23,716 nucleotides of DNA from Pseudomonadota bacterium (GCA_043804515.1 JAZDIZ010000194.1:1-23716), one strand, 5' to 3'. Positions 6,831 to 17,756 are shown, counted from the first letter of the stretch. Made by a program: numbers and translations. The notes: generated from the letters alone by a model not told the origin.

Positions 6831-7310
6831 CGTTCGGAAATACCTAATCGAGAAATTTAGAGTTGGAAAGATAAAAGAATGCCCGGAATCGGTCTCAAGA
6901 AAAACATAGCGGAGGTGGATGAGGCACCCCGCCTGGACCATGGGGTGAGCGGAAACTGACCTTCCTCCAAAAAGCCGGGCCATTTGACAGTTAGGCTCCC
7001 AGGCACCAGAAGGGGCAGAAAGGGAGCAGAGGAATTCCAGGGACACCACACCAATTAGGAGATAGGCCTCCATGGCCCGTCCCTGGCATACCTAAACCAC
7101 CTGCCTTACACGCAGGGGGTGGAGTTCAGCAGGGGGGCGACCTCCGTCCCCAACCCGCGCCCCAACCCGCGGGGATTAGCGGGTATTTCATTCTGAACTC
7201 TTTGCGTAGTTGCGCGGTTTTGAGCCTTCAGTCCATGGTGTTATGCCAATGGTTGTGAGGACTTACCTCGTCCCCGATCCGGTACAATTTATGCTTTACG
7301 TAGATATGTC

Positions 7311-8621
7311 ATGAGAAAAACCCCAGCGCTTTGTGCCCTCTTTTCACTCGGCTTCCTCTTTGCCTGCGGCTCGCAAACTATTTCGGGCTTGGACAACACG
7401 GACCAGTCCCTCTCGGACGCGGTAAGCGGAAGGGGGGGGATTCCAGGGCCCAACAAACCAGCGCCAACGGCGATTCCCGTCGGCCCCGTCCTTCCGACCG
7501 ACGGGCCCTCTGTGACTCCCACACCAACGCCGACGGCAACACCGACAGGAAATCCCTCGGGGGGATGGAGTGCGACGGGAAGCCTGGCCACAGGTCGAGC
7601 GCAAGCGGAGGCGGTTCGCCTGGGCACAAAAGTCCTGGTTGCGGGTGGCACGGCTTACATCGGCAGTCTGGTCGCACTGAGCTCCTCGGAGGTCTTCGAT
7701 CCCACCACTGCCTCGTGGAACAGCGCCGGGACGATGTTCTCGCCGCGCCGCTACCATAAGCTGACCGCTCTGAGCGACAGTAAGGCCCTCGTCACGGGCG
7801 GGACCGACCCCAATGTCGTGCTGAAATCCGCGGAGATCTATACATCGGGAAGCGGATGGACTCCGACCGCGGATATGAGCATCGTTCGATTCCGTCATGC
7901 GGCCGTCCTTCTTCCCACAAACGGTAAGGTCCTCGTGGCCGGGGGTCAGACCGCGGGCGGGTCGCTGACCAAGTCGACGGAGATCTTTGATCCTCAGACC
8001 TCCGCGTGGAGCCCTGCAGCACCTATGAACTTCGCCCGAGGGTATTTCGACCTGTTCTACCTCACGAAGAGCAAGAAGGTTCTGGCCGTTGGAATCGCCG
8101 TCGATGCGAGCAACGCGCCACGCTTGGAAACAGAGATATACGATCCCGAGACCAACCAATGGACCGTGGTCGGCTCCCTCCACGTGTTTCATCTGTACGG
8201 AGCCGCGGTCGTTCTGGACGATCACCGCGTGTTGGTGGCCGGCGGCCAGTCCCCCGTGTCTCCGTATTACTCCACAACGGTAACGGAGATCTTCGATTCG
8301 GACACGCTCACGTGGACGCAGCTGACCTCTCCTATGCCCAGATCCCGGTATTCCTTCGCCATGGCCCTCTTGGGCAGTGGAAAGGTGCTGTCAGCGGGGG
8401 GTCTGTACAACGAGAGCGGCTGTCAGAGGTGCTTCACGAACCAGGCCGAGATCTTCGATCCTCAAACGCTATTGTGGACATCAACGCAGAACATGCTGGT
8501 CGGCTCCAGCTACGATCACACGATGACGTCCCTCGCCGATGGTGGGGTTCTTGCCGCCGGAGGCGAAGCGAACGGCGTATACCTGTTCTGGAGGGACGCC
8601 GCGATCTTCCACGAGCCCTGA
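7311..8621 (+). CDS. Kelch-repeat beta-propeller lipoprotein
   Basis: Lipobox-like FLFAC, a Pro/Thr-rich linker (TPTPTPTATPT), and about six repeats of VLVAGG...EIFDP...W. Confidence 0.9.
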   Translation: MRKTPALCALFSLGFLFACGSQTISGLDNTDQSLSDAVSGRGGIPGPNKPAPTAIPVGPVLPTDGPSVTPTPTPTATPTGNPSGGWSATGSLATGRAQAEAVRLGTKVLVAGGTAYIGSLVALSSSEVFDPTTASWNSAGTMFSPRRYHKLTALSDSKALVTGGTDPNVVLKSAEIYTSGSGWTPTADMSIVRFRHAAVLLPTNGKVLVAGGQTAGGSLTKSTEIFDPQTSAWSPAAPMNFARGYFDLFYLTKSKKVLAVGIAVDASNAPRLETEIYDPETNQWTVVGSLHVFHLYGAAVVLDDHRVLVAGGQSPVSPYYSTTVTEIFDSDTLTWTQLTSPMPRSRYSFAMALLGSGKVLSAGGLYNESGCQRCFTNQAEIFDPQTLLWTSTQNMLVGSSYDHTMTSLADGGVLAAGGEANGVYLFWRDAAIFHEP

Positions 8622-8738
8622 AACTTGTACCATCACGACAACCCGGAAATTCTTGCTCCCAGAAAAACGAAAAAACCTGTTAAGGCTTCAAATGCTCTAT
8701 GCGTACAGAGGCACAGCCGGCCTCACATCTATCTTTGG

Positions 8739-9125
8739 TTAGCGCGCGGAGGCCTGAAGCGTCACGTACTCGCGCAGGTTCCTCAGTGTGGATTCGCCGG
8801 GGGCCGGGTCGAAACGGACGGCGAAACCTTCAATTTCGCCTGAATTCGCCAGCCGGACGACGCGTCCCGTGACAATGCAAAGTGAAGTCTTGTTTCGAAT
8901 CGCCAAAGGGATGTACATGAAAAGTTCCGTACCCACCGGCATCCGTGCGCTGGTGGCGACATAGGCGCCCCCTTCACTCAGGTCACGCACCAAACCTTCC
9001 ATGGGTTTGCCTACGCGGGTCTTGAATGTGGCGCGGCTGGCATAGGGGACACGGGGATGCTCACGTTCATGCGGCCAGTTTGTTTGGGCGTCCGGAATCT
9101 GATCCATCACGGCATTATTCCCCAA
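8739..9125 (-). CDS. Single-domain PilZ protein (putative c-di-GMP receptor)
   Basis: RxxxR (REHPR) and DxSxxG (DLSEGG) motifs, plus GRVVR...GFAVRF. The start could instead be the ATG at 9107. Confidence 0.85.
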   Translation of the reverse strand: MGNNAVMDQIPDAQTNWPHEREHPRVPYASRATFKTRVGKPMEGLVRDLSEGGAYVATSARMPVGTELFMYIPLAIRNKTSLCIVTGRVVRLANSGEIEGFAVRFDPAPGESTLRNLREYVTLQASAR

Positions 9126-9214
9126 GCTAGATTAATGAAGCGCTTGCAGTTGCGAACGAACGCGTTGGCGGATTATAGGCGCGGCCGTGGTGACCGACCT
9201 AGGGGAAAAGGTTC

Positions 9215-10969
9215 TTATTTCGTGCATGTTCCCGTCAGGCCGCCCAGGGACCAAAGAATCGTATCGTGGGACGGGGACATCAGGACGAACTGAGGGAAAG
9301 AAAAACGGAGAGAGCTGTGCTCGGCGCTTTGGAGAACGAGCGTTGCTGTCGGGGAAGGCCCGATGAAGCCACCTGCTACGTGCACCTGATCGACCGTCGC
9401 CGTCACGGCGCTGTCCAGTCTTGCGGACAGCTGGGTATTGTCGAATATCGCCGATGTGTCCGATTGAAACGCGTCCGAGGAGGGCGCGGGGAGGAACAAT
9501 CCCGGAAGGACCGACACTGAAAGCCCCTGAGCTATAGGCCGAACAACAATCTGGGCTATCGTCTCCAAGCCGGCGACCTTTTGACTTTCGACTGAGACCC
9601 TAAAGTTGTGGTCGCATGTGTACTCGTTCTCGTCCATTCCGCTGAGAATTTCGAGAACGTCCGTCTGCCATTTAAAGCGGGTGGAGGCGAACGGAATGAA
9701 ATAGCCGTCTTGGTCCTCCAGTCCCCGCGCCGCAAGAAGCTGGTCGTAACTCTGGATCATGTACTGACCGGGCGAGCCGAATTTCGTGAGTGGATCCCAT
9801 GGCCACGCTTCCTTCGGTGCGGGAAGAAACATGGCTTCGAACGCCGCGGGATCGTTGAGAGGACCCCTCAGGTTCTCTTTGTAAGCCTTCAAGAAATCGG
9901 GATCCGAGCTGTAACCTGAGGCTCCGCCGAAGATCTGTACGAGCAATTCTTCGAGCGATCGATAAATGAGAGTCGGGAACCTACGGCCTCCGTTCGCGGC
10001 CAGGGGCGGATCCTGATCCAGATTTGCCGAGAAGACGAAAGCCACCAGAATCCGAATCCACTCGGAGTCGCGTTGCGCGAAATACCTGGTCGCCAGAGAA
10101 TAGGCCGCTTCGTGCCAGACCAGAGCCGCGCGATTCACGGCGTCGGCGTGGTCCCAGTAATCCCGGGAGAAACAATCGATATTCGCCGGCGGAAGCATCT
10201 TGATCGGGTACGGAGGCTTCTTCTCCGTGACCGCCCTCGCAAGTCGAACCTCGTCGGCTCTGTTCTGCTTTTCAGCCTCTCTAAGAACCAGCTCGTTCGT
10301 CTCCTCGAACTTATTCCGGGGGACCAGCGCATTGACTTGCAGCGAAGTGTCGCCCCCATCCCGGACTTGAACATGGTAAGGCGACGTCACACATACCTGG
10401 ACAGGGGACGTCTCGAAGATGCCCGGTTGACCGTACGTTCCGAGATCATGCTGTAGGTCGCAGAGACGTACGCTTCCGAGGTTCTCGGGTTTGAGTTGGG
10501 CCAGTATCTCCTTGGACACGATGTCGAATTTCGCCATGAACCTGGGGCCGAAATACGGAATTGCCAGAGTCCAGATTCTGAACGTGGCCGTCCGAGTCTC
10601 GAAGAGGGTCCTCCATTCCTCCGGAGGAAGCCGTATGCCGGTCCGGCGGAACATCCCGGGCCTCGAGATCATGAAGGAATTGATTCCGGGGTGGTCGGCT
10701 TCATCGAGGTCCAAGAGCGTCGCCTTTGTGATTCTCATCTTGAACCGCGGCTTCTGTTCGTGGTCCCGCAGAACGCGCCAGCCTTCGGCTCGGATTCTCT
10801 GTTTTAAGATCTGGAGCCGGTCCGTGAGCGTCAGCTTCCGGATATCGAGTTCGAGGATGCCTTGCGCACCGTTTCCGCCCTCATTCCCGGGGCGAACGCT
10901 CGATATCCAGAAAGCGGCGAAAATGAGGAGGGTGAGTGTGAGAGCGGCCGATAGGCCCCACTTCTTCAC
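9215..10969 (-). CDS. Large hypothetical exported/membrane-anchored protein
   Basis: 584-aa ORF with an N-terminal hydrophobic anchor. Its GTG start overlaps the stop of the upstream gene (GTGA). Confidence 0.75.
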   Translation of the reverse strand: MKKWGLSAALTLTLLIFAAFWISSVRPGNEGGNGAQGILELDIRKLTLTDRLQILKQRIRAEGWRVLRDHEQKPRFKMRITKATLLDLDEADHPGINSFMISRPGMFRRTGIRLPPEEWRTLFETRTATFRIWTLAIPYFGPRFMAKFDIVSKEILAQLKPENLGSVRLCDLQHDLGTYGQPGIFETSPVQVCVTSPYHVQVRDGGDTSLQVNALVPRNKFEETNELVLREAEKQNRADEVRLARAVTEKKPPYPIKMLPPANIDCFSRDYWDHADAVNRAALVWHEAAYSLATRYFAQRDSEWIRILVAFVFSANLDQDPPLAANGGRRFPTLIYRSLEELLVQIFGGASGYSSDPDFLKAYKENLRGPLNDPAAFEAMFLPAPKEAWPWDPLTKFGSPGQYMIQSYDQLLAARGLEDQDGYFIPFASTRFKWQTDVLEILSGMDENEYTCDHNFRVSVESQKVAGLETIAQIVVRPIAQGLSVSVLPGLFLPAPSSDAFQSDTSAIFDNTQLSARLDSAVTATVDQVHVAGGFIGPSPTATLVLQSAEHSSLRFSFPQFVLMSPSHDTILWSLGGLTGTCTK

Positions 10970-11745
10970 TTGCGTCCCCGCGACAGAGGAAAAAGATTCA
11001 CGGTCAGCGTGTAGATCTGGTCCCGCTTTCCGTCCTCAAGAAGCGCGCACAGCTCGCGGCGGAACTCCTTGATCCGCGCTTTGGCCTCGCGGAGTTTCGT
11101 GCTGTCGATGGCCATCGTCATGGACGTGAAATCCCTTCTGTCGATCGGATCCGTCAGAAGCGATTGCTTGGCCCTTTCCAGAAATTGCATGTGCAGCCGG
11201 CGCATGGCCGCGGATGAATAGTCCGTGCCGGTCGTGAGGTGCTGATCGGCCTTCTTGTAGGCGCCGTCCTGTTCTACAAGGATGCCGAGGCGTTTGAGGC
11301 GTTCCAAAGCGTCGGCGGCTTCCACATACGTGCACCCCAACTCCTTTGCTATCGCCCCCGGGTCCAGCTTCTTTCCCTTGATGAACGTGAGTTCGGTAAT
11401 CGCATAGTGGAACCAGTCCGCAATTGCCGCGAAGGTGTCGGTGGCCAATTGTTTCATCTCGATCTTGTCCACCGTGGCGCCCTGGCGCCTGGGATCTTGA
11501 GCGAGAGCGACGTCTTGTACGAAAGACTTGGTTTCGGTAGGGGAGAGACCCAACTCCCGAGCGATCTTGGACGCCTTTTTGACGGAAAGGATGCGCTTTC
11601 CGCTCAGGACGCCGCTCAACGTGGCGGCGCTTACGCCGATTTGGCGTGCGAACGTGCGAAGGCTGAAACGAGGGTTATCCTTCGTTCGTTTGAGTAGCTC
11701 GCTGCGTATCACGGTTCGAAAGTCGACACTTACTTCCGGCCGCAT
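10966..11745 (-). CDS. TIGR02147-family protein (XRE-like HTH + DUF4423)
   Basis: NPRFSLRTFARQIGVSAATLSGVLSGKR, WFHYAITEL, RDFTSMTMAID and IYTLTVNLFPL are characteristic of this family. Confidence 0.85.
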   Translation of the reverse strand: MRPEVSVDFRTVIRSELLKRTKDNPRFSLRTFARQIGVSAATLSGVLSGKRILSVKKASKIARELGLSPTETKSFVQDVALAQDPRRQGATVDKIEMKQLATDTFAAIADWFHYAITELTFIKGKKLDPGAIAKELGCTYVEAADALERLKRLGILVEQDGAYKKADQHLTTGTDYSSAAMRRLHMQFLERAKQSLLTDPIDRRDFTSMTMAIDSTKLREAKARIKEFRRELCALLEDGKRDQIYTLTVNLFPLSRGRK

Positions 11746-11954
11746 GAACCCCCCAATCTGCCTGCTATTTATCTCGCGACGCGTTGTTTTTCAACCCCCC
11801 TGAAACAGGCGTTTCAGGAGAAGGAACAGCCGCCGGACGGGTTGTATTTTATGATGTAATGTTAATAACATAACCTAATTGCTCTAATGTAATAGATTAT
11901 CGTGCTTGTTTCGAAGTTCAGTCTCGGTTCGGATTAGGTTAGTCTGAGGGTCCC

Positions 11955-12389
11955 ATGAAGCTCCGAAATCTTCTTTGTATGACGATACCGGCCGGACTGG
12001 CGTTGTGGGGGTCACTTGCAGTTCCAGCGGGGAGCGGGTTCTCGTTTGCGTTTGAGCCGGCTGAGATTCGAATTCATCCGGCTTCCGTCGGTACCGCGAG
12101 GCTCAATCTGAAAATCGAGGAACCCAAGGCTTACATCCACGAAAAGGCCCCCATGAATGTGACCGTGTCCGGGGAAGGACTCGTACTTACGAAGGCCACC
12201 TGGACGCGGAAGGACGCTATCGTCCGCGAGGGCGGGGAGAGGGCCCGTTGGCTCGCTTTTGAAGTGCCGGTCCAAGCCGCGAAGGCAGGCGAGTACAAGT
12301 TGAGGGCGAGAGCGGCGTTCTATTACTGCACTTCGAAGGTTTGCCTGAAAGAGGAAGTCGAGGCCCAAGCGAACGTCATCGCCCGCTGA
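11955..12389 (+). CDS. Exported DsbD N-terminal-like (Ig-fold, CxxxC) protein
   Basis: Signal-peptide-like N-terminus, YIHEKAP, and a C-terminal FYYCTSKVC reminiscent of nDsbD-type domains. Confidence 0.6.
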   Translation: MKLRNLLCMTIPAGLALWGSLAVPAGSGFSFAFEPAEIRIHPASVGTARLNLKIEEPKAYIHEKAPMNVTVSGEGLVLTKATWTRKDAIVREGGERARWLAFEVPVQAAKAGEYKLRARAAFYYCTSKVCLKEEVEAQANVIAR

Positions 12390-12401
12390 CCCGGGCGTCG
12401 C

Positions 12402-12710
12402 CTATAGTCCAAGCTGAAGGCGGGCCGCCTCCGACATCATCTCCCTGCTCCAAGGCGGCTCCCAAACCAGGTCGATCCTCACGCATTCCACGCCGGGAAG
12501 CTCCGCGCATTTCCGCTCCACCTCAACGGGAAGAAACTCGGCTGCGGGGCAATTCGGGGCCGTCAGCGTCATCCGGATGGTCACGTGCTTCGAGGAGTCG
12601 ATGTCGATCCCGTAGATAAGGCCCAGATCGTAGATGTTCACGGGAATTTCAGGATCGTAGATGGTCTTAAGGGCCTCCACGACATTCGAGCGGAGAACCT
12701 CCGGGTTCAC
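12402..12710 (-). CDS. sufT: DUF59/SufT-family Fe-S cluster assembly protein
   Basis: [24 protein letters not shown] and WEPPW motifs. Confidence 0.9.
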   Translation of the reverse strand: MNPEVLRSNVVEALKTIYDPEIPVNIYDLGLIYGIDIDSSKHVTIRMTLTAPNCPAAEFLPVEVERKCAELPGVECVRIDLVWEPPWSREMMSEAARLQLGL

Positions 12711-14944
12711 TCGAGCCGGGCCCTCCGAAGCCTGAGCGAATTCGCGATCACCGAAACGGAGCTGAAGCTCATGGCCGCGCTCGCGATAACCGGGCTCAAA
12801 AGGAGACCGAAGGCGGGATAAAGAACCCCTGCGGCCAGGGGAACGCCCAGGACGTTATAAACGAACGCGAAGAAAAGGTTCTGGCGGATGTTCCTCATCG
12901 TGGCCCGGCTCAGGCGGAAGGCCCGGTAGATGCCGCGCAGGTCCCCTTTGACCAACGTGATGCCGGCCGTGGCCATCGCGACGTCGGTTCCCATTCCCAT
13001 CGCAATCCCCACATCGGCCAAGGCCAAAGCGGGAGCGTCGTTGATCCCGTCACCGGCCATGGCTACGTGCCGTCCAAGCGACCGGTACTTCCGGACGAGG
13101 TCTCCCTTGGCCAAGGGGGAGATTTCCGCCTCGACTTTCCGGATCCCCAGCCGGCGTGCCACAGCTTCGGCGGTAGCCCAGTGGTCGCCCGTCACCATCA
13201 CGACTTCGATACCTTCGCGCGCAAGCTTCTGAAGAGCCTCCAGCGATGAAGCGCGGGGTTGATCCGAAACCGCCAGAAACCCCGCTGTCCTCTCGCCGAT
13301 TCCGACGAAGAGGACGCTTTCGCCGCGCTCCCGGCATTCTCGGATCTCCGGAACAGCCGGTGCGTCTCGAAGCCCCATTTTAGCCAGGAGGCGGTCGCTT
13401 CCGAGAATTACGCGATTGGCACCGATCAAACCGTGAAGCCCCAGTCCCATCTCGTATTGAAAAGAAATCGCGGGAGCCGGATTAAGCGATCGTCTCTTGA
13501 CTTCCGCGACGATGGCTGCGGACAGGGGATGTTCGCTGCCGAATGCGAGGCCGGCAGCGGCTTCTAGAACCTCCGTTTCGGTGAACTTTCCAAACACGGC
13601 AACGGAGGTGACGGAGGGTTTTCCTTCCGTGAGCGTCCCGGTCTTGTCGACCAGGAGCAGATCCACGTTCTCAAAGGATTCCAACACGTCGGCATTGCGC
13701 ACCAGAATCCCGTTCCGGGCGCCGCGGGCGGATGCAACCACGATCGACATCGGCGTGGCGAGACCCAGGGCGCACGGGCACGCGATAATAAGAACCGCCA
13801 CCGCGTTCACGGCGCCGAACGTCCAGCCGGGCGCCGGACCCCATAGGGTCCACACGGCGAACGTAAGCAACGCGGCTGCGATCACGGCCGGGACGAAATA
13901 GGACGAGACCCGGTCCGCCAGCCGTTGGATCGGCGGACGGGAGCGCTGCGCTTGCTCCACAACGGAGATGATCCGAGCGAGCAGTGTGGACGAGCCGACG
14001 TGTTCGGCACGCATGATGAACGAGCCGGTGCCGTTCAGCGTTCCGCCCAAGACCCGCTCGCCCGGCATCTTTTCCACCGGCAAGGATTCCCCGGTCAGGA
14101 GGGACTCATCCAACGAGGAAGTCCCCGATTCCACGGTTCCGTCCACCGGCACCTTCGATCCGGGCACAATCAGAAGACGATCCCCTGCGTTGATCTCGGC
14201 GATCGCAACCTCCTTGCGGCTCCCGTCCTTTTCGATGCGGAGTGCCGAGGGCGGCACTAAACGCAGAAGCTCGAGCAACGCCTGCTGCGTGCGGTGCCGG
14301 GCGCGGACTTCCAGCACCTGGCCGAGGAGCACGAGCGTTGTGATGGCCGCGGCGGCCTCGAAATAGAGACCGTGGTCCTCGTGGCCCGGCCGGAACAGCG
14401 CCGACAGGCTGAAAGCATAAGCGGCCACGACGCCCAAGCCGATGAGGGAGAACATATTGAGGCTACGGGAGCGGAACGATAGCCACGCCTTATGAAGGAG
14501 AGGCCAGCCGGCCCAGAAGACGGCCGGCGTGGCCAAAAGGCATTGCAGAAGATCGAGAAGGCGCGACCGGGGCAAAAAATGCGCCATCGCGATGCCCACC
14601 AACGGAAGCGAAAGAGCGGCGGATAAATAGAATCGCCGCGTCAGGTCCCGGAGTTCCTGCGGCGGCTCACTGGAAGCGGCCGCGGTAAGAGGACTCAAGG
14701 CCATGCCGCATGACGGGCAGTCGCCGGGCCTGTCGAGGACGATGTCGGGATGCATGGGACATCCGAAGGCGGTTCCTTCGGGAAGAACGGGGGAAGGGGC
14801 GGGGGGATTAAGGAACGGCTCGGGATCGGCGGTGAATCGCTCGGCGCACCGTCGGCTGCAAAAGAAATATGTGACGCCCTTGTGTCCGCAGCTGGATACG
14901 GCTTGCGCCGGGTCGACGTTCATCCCGCAGACGGGGTCGGTCAT
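12707..14944 (-). CDS. copA: Cu(+)-translocating P1B-type ATPase with YHS and CPMHP metal-binding domains
   Basis: DPVCGM (YHS), CPMHP...[30 protein letters not shown] and MSFSS motifs. Confidence 0.93.
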   Translation of the reverse strand: MTDPVCGMNVDPAQAVSSCGHKGVTYFFCSRRCAERFTADPEPFLNPPAPSPVLPEGTAFGCPMHPDIVLDRPGDCPSCGMALSPLTAAASSEPPQELRDLTRRFYLSAALSLPLVGIAMAHFLPRSRLLDLLQCLLATPAVFWAGWPLLHKAWLSFRSRSLNMFSLIGLGVVAAYAFSLSALFRPGHEDHGLYFEAAAAITTLVLLGQVLEVRARHRTQQALLELLRLVPPSALRIEKDGSRKEVAIAEINAGDRLLIVPGSKVPVDGTVESGTSSLDESLLTGESLPVEKMPGERVLGGTLNGTGSFIMRAEHVGSSTLLARIISVVEQAQRSRPPIQRLADRVSSYFVPAVIAAALLTFAVWTLWGPAPGWTFGAVNAVAVLIIACPCALGLATPMSIVVASARGARNGILVRNADVLESFENVDLLLVDKTGTLTEGKPSVTSVAVFGKFTETEVLEAAAGLAFGSEHPLSAAIVAEVKRRSLNPAPAISFQYEMGLGLHGLIGANRVILGSDRLLAKMGLRDAPAVPEIRECRERGESVLFVGIGERTAGFLAVSDQPRASSLEALQKLAREGIEVVMVTGDHWATAEAVARRLGIRKVEAEISPLAKGDLVRKYRSLGRHVAMAGDGINDAPALALADVGIAMGMGTDVAMATAGITLVKGDLRGIYRAFRLSRATMRNIRQNLFFAFVYNVLGVPLAAGVLYPAFGLLLSPVIASAAMSFSSVSVIANSLRLRRARLE

Positions 14945-15402
14945 CCGGATTTCACGCGCGCAAGCTCCCGGCGGGTCTCCCGTTCCTTGATCGCCTCCCG
15001 CTTATCGTGCAGCTTTTTTCCTTTGGCCAGGCCGAGCTCGATTTTTGCCATACCCTTTTTAAAGTAGATCCGGAGTGGAACCAGCGTCAACCGGCGCTCC
15101 TTCACTTCGGCCCCGAGCCGGGAGATCTCCCGCTTGTGGAGAAGCAGGCGCCGCGGGCGGACGGGGCTCAGCGAAGCCGAGGCGAACTCGTACGGCGCGA
15201 TGTGCACCCCTTCCAGGAAAACCTGCCCACGGTCGACATGGGCGTACCCTTCCTTCAAGCTGACGCTGCCTTGGCGGATCGACTTCACCTCGCTGCCGAG
15301 AAGTTCGATCCCGGCTTCGATTGTTTCCAAGATGAAAAAATTGTGGCGCGCGGTGCGGTTCTCCGCGATCACCTGGAAGGAAGATTTTGGCTCAGGACTC
15401 AT
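14941..15402 (-). CDS. smpB: SsrA-binding protein SmpB
   Basis: [25 protein letters not shown] and GKKLHDKRE motifs. Confidence 0.97.
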   Translation of the reverse strand: MSPEPKSSFQVIAENRTARHNFFILETIEAGIELLGSEVKSIRQGSVSLKEGYAHVDRGQVFLEGVHIAPYEFASASLSPVRPRRLLLHKREISRLGAEVKERRLTLVPLRIYFKKGMAKIELGLAKGKKLHDKREAIKERETRRELARVKSG

Positions 15403-16039
15403 CCTTGGACGCGATCCCGCAGGAGACGATGAGCTTGAACGCCTCCTCCACCGTGAGGTCCACGTTCTTCACCTCCGTCTCCGGCACAAGGAGGTAGAAG
15501 CCGCTTGTGGGGTTCGGCGTGGTGGGAACGAAGACGTTCAGCATCCGTCGATCGAATTTTTCCTGCAAAGAGGCCGGAGATTGGCCGGTCACGAACGCCA
15601 GAGTGTGAATTCCGGGTCTGGGGTACTGGAGCATCACGACCCGCGTAAAGCGCCCTTGGTCGTGCTTCATGAACGTGTCCGTGATCTGCTTGACCAACTG
15701 GTAAATCACCCGGGCCCCCGGGATGTGGGAAACGGCCGCGTCTCCCCACCGGATCAACGCCCGTCCCAGGTAGTTGCGGCTCAAAATTCCCACCAACAGG
15801 ATAAAGCCGATCGCGAGCGCGGCACCCAGAAACGGGACGGGAAAGCCGAAGAGCTTCTCGGGGCTCAGGCTCTCGGGGAAAAAATGCAGGAATCGCCCGT
15901 CGCGCACGGCGAGGATGCCGTCGAAATAATCCGTAAAGAAGAGAATGAATTTGACGGTGATAAAGAACGGGAGCGTGACGATCAAGCCGACGAGAAAGTA
16001 CTTCTTGAACGCATTTTGTATGCCGCTCTTGAGGCGCAT
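15392..16039 (-). CDS. DUF502 membrane protein
   Basis: Two TM segments, IYQLVKQI, VFVPTTPNPTSGF and VEEAFKLIVSCG. Confidence 0.9.
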   Translation of the reverse strand: MRLKSGIQNAFKKYFLVGLIVTLPFFITVKFILFFTDYFDGILAVRDGRFLHFFPESLSPEKLFGFPVPFLGAALAIGFILLVGILSRNYLGRALIRWGDAAVSHIPGARVIYQLVKQITDTFMKHDQGRFTRVVMLQYPRPGIHTLAFVTGQSPASLQEKFDRRMLNVFVPTTPNPTSGFYLLVPETEVKNVDLTVEEAFKLIVSCGIASKDES

Positions 16040-16052
16040 GGGAGCTAGGGCG

Positions 16053-16289
16053 TCACTTATCGAGTGACGGGTCGCGGCCCCGGTACGTGATGAGGCCGTG
16101 CGTGGGGTCGTACGGCGAAACCCCGACCGTGACGCGATCCCCCAGGATAACTCGGATGTGTCTGCGTCTCAGTTTCCCCGCCAATTTTGCATTCAGGCGA
16201 AGTCCTCTCGCGCCTTCGATGACGAAGTTGCCTCCGGCCTTCACTTCCACGACGAGCCCCTCAATCAAAACTAGATCGTCCTTGCCCAC
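16053..16289 (-). CDS. infA: Translation initiation factor IF-1
   Basis: IEGLVVEV...AGKLRRRHIRVILGDRVTVGVSPYD...GLITYR. Confidence 0.93.
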   Translation of the reverse strand: MGKDDLVLIEGLVVEVKAGGNFVIEGARGLRLNAKLAGKLRRRHIRVILGDRVTVGVSPYDPTHGLITYRGRDPSLDK

Positions 16290-16328
16290 GGGCGGCTTGA
16301 TAGCACGAATCGGGCCCTCTGGAAATAA

Positions 16329-17756
16329 TTACGCCACGTTCGGGAAGAGATAGTGAGCCACGTTGATCCCGTGGTCTTCAGGATGGACCGCGGCCTCGAT
16401 GACGAGGTTATCCGGGTTCTCCGCCTCCACGGCCAAGTTCACTTCCCTCCCGCCCTCGATCTTTTGCCCCTGGCTGTTCGTGACGATTCGGACCGTGGGG
16501 TACGCGAGGAAATTGGGGTTCTCGTTCACCTTCGTGACGACCGCGAGGACGCCGCTGCTCAGGCTGACGACGGAGCCCACGGGGTAAATTCCGATCGTGT
16601 TGATAAAGGCCTTGACGAGAAGCGGGTCGAATTTTGTGCCTGCGCTGTCCGCGATGATCTTGAGCGCCAGCGTGGGGAGCATCCCTCGCTGGTACACCCG
16701 GTTGGTCGTCATGGCGTCGAAGGCATCCGAGATCGCCACCACTCGCGAGAAAAAATTGAGCTTTTTGTTCATGCCGGTCTGGGGATATCCGCTCAAGTCG
16801 AAATTCCGGTGGTGCTCGAACGAGGCGATCATCTTCTTGATGTCCGCGGGCTGGAATTCCCCTTTCATCGTGAGGAACCGCTTGATCGCCATGACGGGAT
16901 GGGTCTTCATGACTTCCCATTCCTTCGGTTCGAATTTTCCGGGTTTGTTGAGGATCTCCACCGGGATGAGAGTCTTGCCGTAGTCGTGATAAAGGGCCGC
17001 CAGACCCAACTCCCCGATCTGGCGTTTGGACAGCCCAAGATTCTTCCCGAAGCCGATCGAGATGATGCAGACGTTCATCGAATGGTTGAACGTATATTCG
17101 TCGTAGTTCTTGATCGACGAGAGGCCCATGAAGGAAAAGCCCTCGTCCAGGCAGATGTCGACCAGATCGTAAACGGCGCGTTTGGCCTTGCGGCTCTCGT
17201 TCAACTGCGCCTTCGGATCACCCGAAGAGAGCGTTCGGACCACCTCCATCGCCTGCGTGTAGTCGCGCAGGGCCCGTTTCTGAGACGAGACCGCAACCAC
17301 GACTTCGTCCTTCGACCTCGAACGCTTCTTCGTGCGGGGCAGGAACTGGATGGACTGGAATCCCCTCGTCGCCAGGGCCTCGTTCAGGCGCATGGATCCC
17401 TTGAGACCCCGCTGTTGGGGAAGAAAGCACTGGACGAAAAAGATCATTTCTTCGGGCCGAGGCGGTCTGAGAATTGTGAAGCCTCCCACCTCCTTCGAGG
17501 CGAACAAGCCGTCGATATATTCGAAGACGCCGAACGTGGAGATGTCGGACCGGACCTTTTTCTCGTTAAGGTAGAGGCCGACCTCCACCGTTTCGAGCGT
17601 GAGGGACCCAAGTTCCTTCAGGAGTGTCCCCGTGAGTTCCAGTAACTGCTCGAAGGGTTGGCGAAAAGCCTGGTTGGACGGGTGGTGGATGTGGGCGGTC
17701 TTGATCAGCATGAAAAGCTGCGTGGCGAATGCCCTGTCTTTGGATAACGTCAGCAC
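16329..17756 (-). CDS. HD-GYP domain protein (putative c-di-GMP phosphodiesterase)
   Basis: DEYTFNHS, HDYGK, HHRNFDLSGYP, DAFDAMTTNRVY, FDP and GIYPVGS motifs. Confidence 0.92.
   Translation of the reverse strand: MLTLSKDRAFATQLFMLIKTAHIHHPSNQAFRQPFEQLLELTGTLLKELGSLTLETVEVGLYLNEKKVRSDISTFGVFEYIDGLFASKEVGGFTILRPPRPEEMIFFVQCFLPQQRGLKGSMRLNEALATRGFQSIQFLPRTKKRSRSKDEVVVAVSSQKRALRDYTQAMEVVRTLSSGDPKAQLNESRKAKRAVYDLVDICLDEGFSFMGLSSIKNYDEYTFNHSMNVCIISIGFGKNLGLSKRQIGELGLAALYHDYGKTLIPVEILNKPGKFEPKEWEVMKTHPVMAIKRFLTMKGEFQPADIKKMIASFEHHRNFDLSGYPQTGMNKKLNFFSRVVAISDAFDAMTTNRVYQRGMLPTLALKIIADSAGTKFDPLLVKAFINTIGIYPVGSVVSLSSGVLAVVTKVNENPNFLAYPTVRIVTNSQGQKIEGGREVNLAVEAENPDNLVIEAAVHPEDHGINVAHYLFPNVA

Noticed and set aside
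6831..7073. 81-aa N-terminal extension of LysR
   Set aside because: LysR HTH domains start at the N-terminus, and the extension crosses an AT-rich promoter-like stretch. The ATG at 6830 fits better.
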